Part shown: one piece after another, positions 59,109 to 64,000 of the stretch
Numbering within the stretch: the first letter of the stretch is position 1
How the letters are laid out: each line of letters starts with the position of its first letter
The notes under the pieces: model-generated
The model's input: only the letters and a program-made list of their open reading frames with translations
Told to the model about the DNA's origin: nothing
Database searches by the model: none
Source: Myxococcota bacterium
GTDB lineage: Bacteria > Myxococcota_A > Bradymonadia > UBA7976 > UBA1532
NCBI GenBank assembly: GCA_023150895.1
Contig: JAKLJY010000035.1
Span: 1,301 to 65,300, forward strand
Reading direction: 5' to 3'
DNA: 64,000 bases
Made by a program: the position numbers and the translations under genes

Positions 59109-60461
59109 TCAGTCGTGACGGCTCACCGTGGCCGCCTCGGAGACGGAGGATTCGCCGGAGAGCAGGGCGTCGAACTCGAAATCTCCGAAAAGATGGTGGG
59201 AAACGAAGGCCCAGGCGATGGCGCGCGTGGCGCGGTGGACCTCGTCCGGATCGGTGTTGTCCGCCAGGCAACCGTCGCCCATGACCACGCCGGGCAGCTC
59301 TTCGCAGATGTTGGCGAAGCTGAAATGACCGGCGTCGGGGAAGGCGAGGCGCACGTCGTCCGGACCGTCGAGGCCCGCCCAGACGTCGTCCCCGTGTTCG
59401 GGATCCGGCAGCGTCTCGTCGCGCCCGGCGGTCACGAGCAAGGTGGGCACGTCGATGGCCGAGAAGTCGAAGACCGGCCCGCCGAGGGGCGCCATGGGCA
59501 TGCCGAGGTCGACGCGCGGGTCGAGGAAACCGGCCTCGAACCGGCTGCGCACGTCCGGATCCGTGTTCCAGATGCTGCAGAAGAGCTCGCCGCTCCCGTC
59601 GCCGGCACAGGCCGCCTCGATGACCTCGGTCTCGAACGCGGTGCCGGTGACGGCCAGCGTCGTATAGGCGCCGAAGCTGTGCCCGGCGAGCACGACGTCG
59701 TCTCCGAGCCGTCCCGCAAGGGCCGCGTCCCCGCCGTCGTAGAGGTGGTCGAGGACCGCCGAGACGTCCTGCGGACGCAACGCGAACATCTCCGCTGCGA
59801 CGCCACCGCCGTCGCTGAAGGTGTTGCCGGTGTGGTCGGGCGCGGCGACGACGAAGCCGTGGGAGGCGAAAAACTCGGTCAGGAACACGCTCTGCTCGGC
59901 GATGCCCCCGCTGCCGTGCGAGAAAACGACGACCGGGAACGCCTCTCCCGCGGCGAGCGCAGCCCCGGTGAAGACCTCGGGACGCCGGATGCGGCCGAAG
60001 AGGTAAGCCGTCGCGGTCCCCGCCTCGTCGTCCGTCGGGTACCAGAGCGCGAGGCGCAGCGAGCGTGGCTCGGCGGCGCCGACCGGCGTATACGTCACCT
60101 CGGACTGGCGGTAGCCGACCCGGTAAGGGCCGTCGGCCTCGGGGCCGGTGGGTCCGGGCGCCGCATCGGGTGTGTCCGAACCGCCCACGCCCCCGGCGTC
60201 CGGTCCGTACGCCCCACCCAGGGCGGCGTCGGCTCCACCGGGCAGGGGTGCTGCGTCGGTGCCTCCCCCGCCGCCGGCCGGGCCGGGACCGCCGTCGCCG
60301 GGGTCGTGCGCGCCCCCAACAGCACCACCTGCGGCGGCGTCTCCGGCGGACCCCTCGCCGGCCTCTCCGGCGGCGTCGTCGGCACCGCAGGCGACGGTGA
60401 CGGCGCCCGAGAAGACCGCTATCGCGGCGAAGGTCGAGGGACGACGGATGCGCGGAAACAT
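59109..60461 (-). CDS. alpha/beta hydrolase lipoprotein (PAF-acetylhydrolase/dienelactone hydrolase-like)
   Basis: Lipobox TVAC, Gly/Asp/Pro linker, FSHG, APDH.GN, RPQD, GHSFG, D, GH..F. Confidence 0.85.
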   Translation of the reverse strand: MFPRIRRPSTFAAIAVFSGAVTVACGADDAAGEAGEGSAGDAAAGGAVGGAHDPGDGGPGPAGGGGGTDAAPLPGGADAALGGAYGPDAGGVGGSDTPDAAPGPTGPEADGPYRVGYRQSEVTYTPVGAAEPRSLRLALWYPTDDEAGTATAYLFGRIRRPEVFTGAALAAGEAFPVVVFSHGSGGIAEQSVFLTEFFASHGFVVAAPDHTGNTFSDGGGVAAEMFALRPQDVSAVLDHLYDGGDAALAGRLGDDVVLAGHSFGAYTTLAVTGTAFETEVIEAACAGDGSGELFCSIWNTDPDVRSRFEAGFLDPRVDLGMPMAPLGGPVFDFSAIDVPTLLVTAGRDETLPDPEHGDDVWAGLDGPDDVRLAFPDAGHFSFANICEELPGVVMGDGCLADNTDPDEVHRATRAIAWAFVSHHLFGDFEFDALLSGESSVSEAATVSRHD

Positions 60462-60591
60462 CGACGGGGCTCCATGGGCGTGACGGGGGAGGCGCAGCAT
60501 CGCCGAAACGCCGCACCGGCGCCAGGGCCCGCCCACAAAGACCTGCCGCCCGGGCCCGCTCCGGTGGTAGAACCGGCGCCCGGAGGTTCCC

Positions 60592-63500
60592 ATGCTCAGC
60601 GCTCTCCTTCGCTCCCCGCATTCACTCGGCCGGCTCCTCGCGTTCTTCGTGCTGCACGGCCTCTTCGGCTGCGCCGAGCCGGTGCAGGACGTGAATCGCG
60701 TTCAGGGCAACTACATCCGCAAGGCCGATCTCGAGGGCGAGTGGTACATGCTCACCACCGTCGTCGACGTGCCGCCCACCCGCGCCGTCTCTTTCGCCGG
60801 CGAGACGGGGAAGATGGAGCGCGTCCGGTTCGAGTTCCGGGAGAACGAGCTCGTCGCGTACCGCGCCTACCCCCTGCTCGAGGGCGCCGATACCGTTTCG
60901 ACGGGGCAGCCCTTCGACGGCCGCGACGCCCCCCTCGCCGCGTGGCCCGTGCAGTCGCACTTCGACATCATGCGGGACTACAACACGTCGACGGGCGAGC
61001 AGAGCAACGTCATCGACGAGAACACGGCCGACCGCCTCTGGTTCGAGCGCGAATACGCCCGGGTGGACTGGTCCGTCAGCGACATCCGCAACTTCGACTT
61101 CGTCCTGAACTTCACCTGGGAGGACGACTACTACTGGACCGGGTTCATGTCCCCTTCGTACGCCACGTTCGTCTCCGAGGAGGAGGGCGGTCCGGACGCG
61201 TTCTATCGCGAGGCGGACGCCGCCGGCGCAACGCACTATTTCGACGTGCTCGGCAAGTGGATCGTCGACCCCAACCTCTACTACTGCTCGCTCGGGTGGT
61301 TGGGCGAGGGCCCGTTCGACTGCGCCGCTGCGGAGGTCCTGACACGGACCTCGTTCATGCGCCTGCCGGCGAAACAGACCTACGAGGCCTACCACTACGA
61401 CGACCAGCTCATGAGCCGCTTCGGGTACTTCCGGTCGGAGATGTACACCTACGATGAGCAGCGGGGCGTCGCGGATGCCGGCCGACAGTATCTCATCAAC
61501 CGCCACAACATCTGGAAGACGGCCTACGACGACGCGGGCGAACTCATCCCCATTCCCGCCCGCGAAACGCGGACGGTGCCCTACTACCTGAGCCCGACGT
61601 TTCCCGACGACGAGGCGCTCGACACCGCCGCCGTCAGGACCATGCAACAGTGGGACGACGCGGCCCGGCGGGCCGTCGCCGCCGCGCAGCAGCGCCCGCT
61701 GGAAGACATCGGCACGATCTTCACCCTTTGCCACAACCCGGTGAGCCGGGCGAAGGGCGACGACGAGGCCTGCGGAGCGGACGGATTCGCCCCCCGCATG
61801 GGTGATCTGCGCTACTCCGTGCTCCACTGGGTGGACACGGAGACGATGGAGGGGCTGCTCGGGTACGGCCCCGCGGCGACGGATCCGCTGACGGGGGAGA
61901 TCATCTCGGGCAAAGCGCACGTCTACGGCGCGGCGGTGAACACCTACGCCACCTATGCGACGGACGTCATCCGCTTCTTCAACGGTGAGCTCGACGAACA
62001 GACGCTGATCTACGGCGACCACTTCACCGACGACCTGCGGACGCGCATCGCGGCGAAACAGACGACGCCGCGGCGGTCCGATCGCCTCGACGACATCCCC
62101 GTCGGCACGCGCGTGTCGAAGCACCGGCACGCCGATCCGGTGCGCGCCCGCCGTACCGATCTCAGGACCTACGACGCCAGCCGCACCGAGCAACGTCTGA
62201 AGGCCGCACGCGATGCCGGCGCCGGCCCGATGCGCATGAACGACGAGCTGCGTCGGGCTCTCGAGGCCCGCCTCGGCGGCACCTGGGAGTCCGCTCCGGA
62301 GGAGATCCGCACGCTGCTCGACCCGGTCTCGGCGCTCTCGACCGAGACGCTGCGCAAACGCCGCCGCTTCGACACCCACCTGCGCGCGCACCTCGTGGAA
62401 CGCTCTGATCTGTTCGAACCCAACATCGAGGGCATCGTAGAGAAATACAAGGGGCGGACGGACTACGACGCGATCTGGCGCGAACTCCGGGCCGAGGTGT
62501 TCGCGAGCACCGCCGAGCACGAGGTCGGGCATACACTCGGCCTGCGACACAACTTCCAGGGCAGTTACGACAGCCTCAACTACTTCGACGAGTACTGGGA
62601 TCTCCGCGCGGAGAATCTGAATCCCGTAGAGACGCTCGGCGACCTGTACGACCTGCTGACGCTCACCCCGGCGCAGTCCGAGGGCATGATGCGTCAGAAA
62701 CAGTACAGCTCGATCATGGACTACGGGATGAGCTGGGCCAACGACATCAACGGCATCGGCAAGTACGATGCCGCGGCCATCGCCTTCGGGTACACCGCCG
62801 GGGTCTATCCGGCCGAGGGCGAGCGCTGCGAAACCTACCCCGCGGTTCAACGCGAGGGCGACCGCTGTCTTGCGCAGCAACCGGGCCTCATCGAGGTCTT
62901 CAAGAAGTCGAAGATTCAACTCCGCGACGCCGGCCGACTGCTCGGCCTGACCGAGTACGGCCATCTCTACGAGGACCCCGGCCTGCCCTCCGTCGCCATC
63001 CTCGAGCGTCAGCACTACACCACCCTCGCCCTCGCCTTTCCGGATCTCGCGGACTTCAGCAGCGAGGGCCGCGAGTTTCTGCCCTATGCCGAGTACCTCG
63101 AGAAGCGCGCCGCCGTCGGCGACGACGTGAACGCCGACCGCCCGGTGCGCGTGCCATACATGTTTTGTTCTGACGAGTGGGAGAGCGCTCTGTTGAGTTG
63201 CCGCGTTTTCGATCAGGGCGCCGATCCGTACGAGCTGACGAAGACGATCATCGACGAGTACCGGGCCTACTACTGGTTCGTGAACTTCCGGCGTGGCCGG
63301 AACGGATTTCTGCCGGATGACGTTCTGTACAGGTACTGGGACGGCACGTTCGGGCCGCTGTCGGACATCCATCAGTTCTGGTATCTCGCTCCGACCTGGG
63401 ACCCCACCGTGGCGTACGATGACCTGCTCAGCAATGTCTTCGACGTGGGCATGTACGCTGGCTTCAACTTGTTCGGCGAGGCCCTCTCGACCCCGCCCTA

Positions 63501-64000
63501 CGGCACCTACTGCGAGGGCGAAAACGGGAATCTCATCTTCCTGACCGACTCCCTGCCCGACTCCGCAACGCGGGACGCGGCCAACGAAGACCCCGCCTGC
63601 GTCGCCGGCGCCCGGACCTACAGCATCGCCCCGGGCGTCGGCCGGCGCCGTTTCTCGCGCTACGACAACCAGGCCGGCTACTACCTGGAATCGAGGTCTC
63701 TCGAGGCCGGCCACTACTTCGCCGAACTCGCCGCGATCCTCAGCCTCGTCGACTTCGACGCGCGCATCATCGGCGCCGAGGGCGACGCGGGCACCTATGC
63801 CATCGGATACTACGACGTGTTCCGGGATGAGATGGAGGGCCTGCTCAATGCCATCGTCTCGAAGGACTATCGCGCGTTCGCGCCGCGGGCACGCCTCGCG
63901 GGCGAGAAGGACCCGGAGGGACACATCGCGATCGAACTCGAGCACCGCCCGCCGGCGCCCTTCTATGACTACCTGACGGGCTCGGGTGTGTATTTCAACC
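60592..64000 (+). CDS. large zinc-dependent metalloprotease lipoprotein (Met-zincin), truncated by the window end
   Basis: RBS GGAGG and ATG 60592; lipobox LFGC; HEVGHTLGLRHNF at 62518 and Met-turn YSSIMDY near 62704, both in frame. Absent from the ORF track, consistent with no stop inside the window. Confidence 0.88.
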   Translation, partial: MLSALLRSPHSLGRLLAFFVLHGLFGCAEPVQDVNRVQGNYIRKADLEGEWYMLTTVVDVPPTRAVSFAGETGKMERVRFEFRENELVAYRAYPLLEGADTVSTGQPFDGRDAPLAAWPVQSHFDIMRDYNTSTGEQSNVIDENTADRLWFEREYARVDWSVSDIRNFDFVLNFTWEDDYYWTGFMSPSYATFVSEEEGGPDAFYREADAAGATHYFDVLGKWIVDPNLYYCSLGWLGEGPFDCAAAEVLTRTSFMRLPAKQTYEAYHYDDQLMSRFGYFRSEMYTYDEQRGVADAGRQYLINRHNIWKTAYDDAGELIPIPARETRTVPYYLSPTFPDDEALDTAAVRTMQQWDDAARRAVAAAQQRPLEDIGTIFTLCHNPVSRAKGDDEACGADGFAPRMGDLRYSVLHWVDTETMEGLLGYGPAATDPLTGEIISGKAHVYGAAVNTYATYATDVIRFFNGELDEQTLIYGDHFTDDLRTRIAAKQTTPRRSDRLDDIPVGTRVSKHRHADPVRARRTDLRTYDASRTEQRLKAARDAGAGPMRMNDELRRALEARLGGTWESAPEEIRTLLDPVSALSTETLRKRRRFDTHLRAHLVERSDLFEPNIEGIVEKYKGRTDYDAIWRELRAEVFASTAEHEVGHTLGLRHNFQGSYDSLNYFDEYWDLRAENLNPVETLGDLYDLLTLTPAQSEGMMRQKQYSSIMDYGMSWANDINGIGKYDAAAIAFGYTAGVYPAEGERCETYPAVQREGDRCLAQQPGLIEVFKKSKIQLRDAGRLLGLTEYGHLYEDPGLPSVAILERQHYTTLALAFPDLADFSSEGREFLPYAEYLEKRAAVGDDVNADRPVRVPYMFCSDEWESALLSCRVFDQGADPYELTKTIIDEYRAYYWFVNFRRGRNGFLPDDVLYRYWDGTFGPLSDIHQFWYLAPTWDPTVAYDDLLSNVFDVGMYAGFNLFGEALSTPPYGTYCEGENGNLIFLTDSLPDSATRDAANEDPACVAGARTYSIAPGVGRRRFSRYDNQAGYYLESRSLEAGHYFAELAAILSLVDFDARIIGAEGDAGTYAIGYYDVFRDEMEGLLNAIVSKDYRAFAPRARLAGEKDPEGHIAIELEHRPPAPFYDYLTGSGVYFN

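Noticed and set aside
60622-63945. 1107-aa minus-strand ORF
   Set aside because: Antisense shadow of the plus-strand metalloprotease; no motifs. Typical of high-GC codon bias.

Overview
Very GC-rich, gene-dense bacterial DNA. The gene content points to a Myxococcota/deltaproteobacterial chromosome: a Myxococcales-type sigma factor, an MglA/SofG-like GTPase, Cys-rich lipoproteins and a large Met-zincin lipoprotein. About 52 CDS are supportable. I saw no rRNA, tRNA, CRISPR array or transposase. Housekeeping blocks: hsp20-lon; thiL; a CNNM/CorB pair; hemW-hrcA-grpE-dnaK-dnaJ; cysteine desulfurase-thiI; hppA-kup-antiporter-kbl-tdh. Most notable accessory content: (i) a tightly coupled five-gene operon with an atypical MoxR-class AAA+ ATPase, a zincin-vWA fusion, two unknown proteins and a CsgG-like envelope protein, plus a separate pair of paralogous helical genes; (ii) a CotH-kinase/lectin + acyl-CoA-ligase-like + radical SAM + unknown operon; (iii) a 24-aa hydrophobic microprotein, missing from the ORF track, with its own RBS, promoter-like sequence and repeated operator-like motifs; (iv) a REP-like palindromic doublet that appears to sit in-frame in a lipoprotein N-terminus; (v) a histidine kinase followed by an ATP-binding-dead pseudokinase; (vi) a GTPase-PocR kinase-receiver module. 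All calls come from reading motifs by eye; no database searches were run, and many start codons are approximate.
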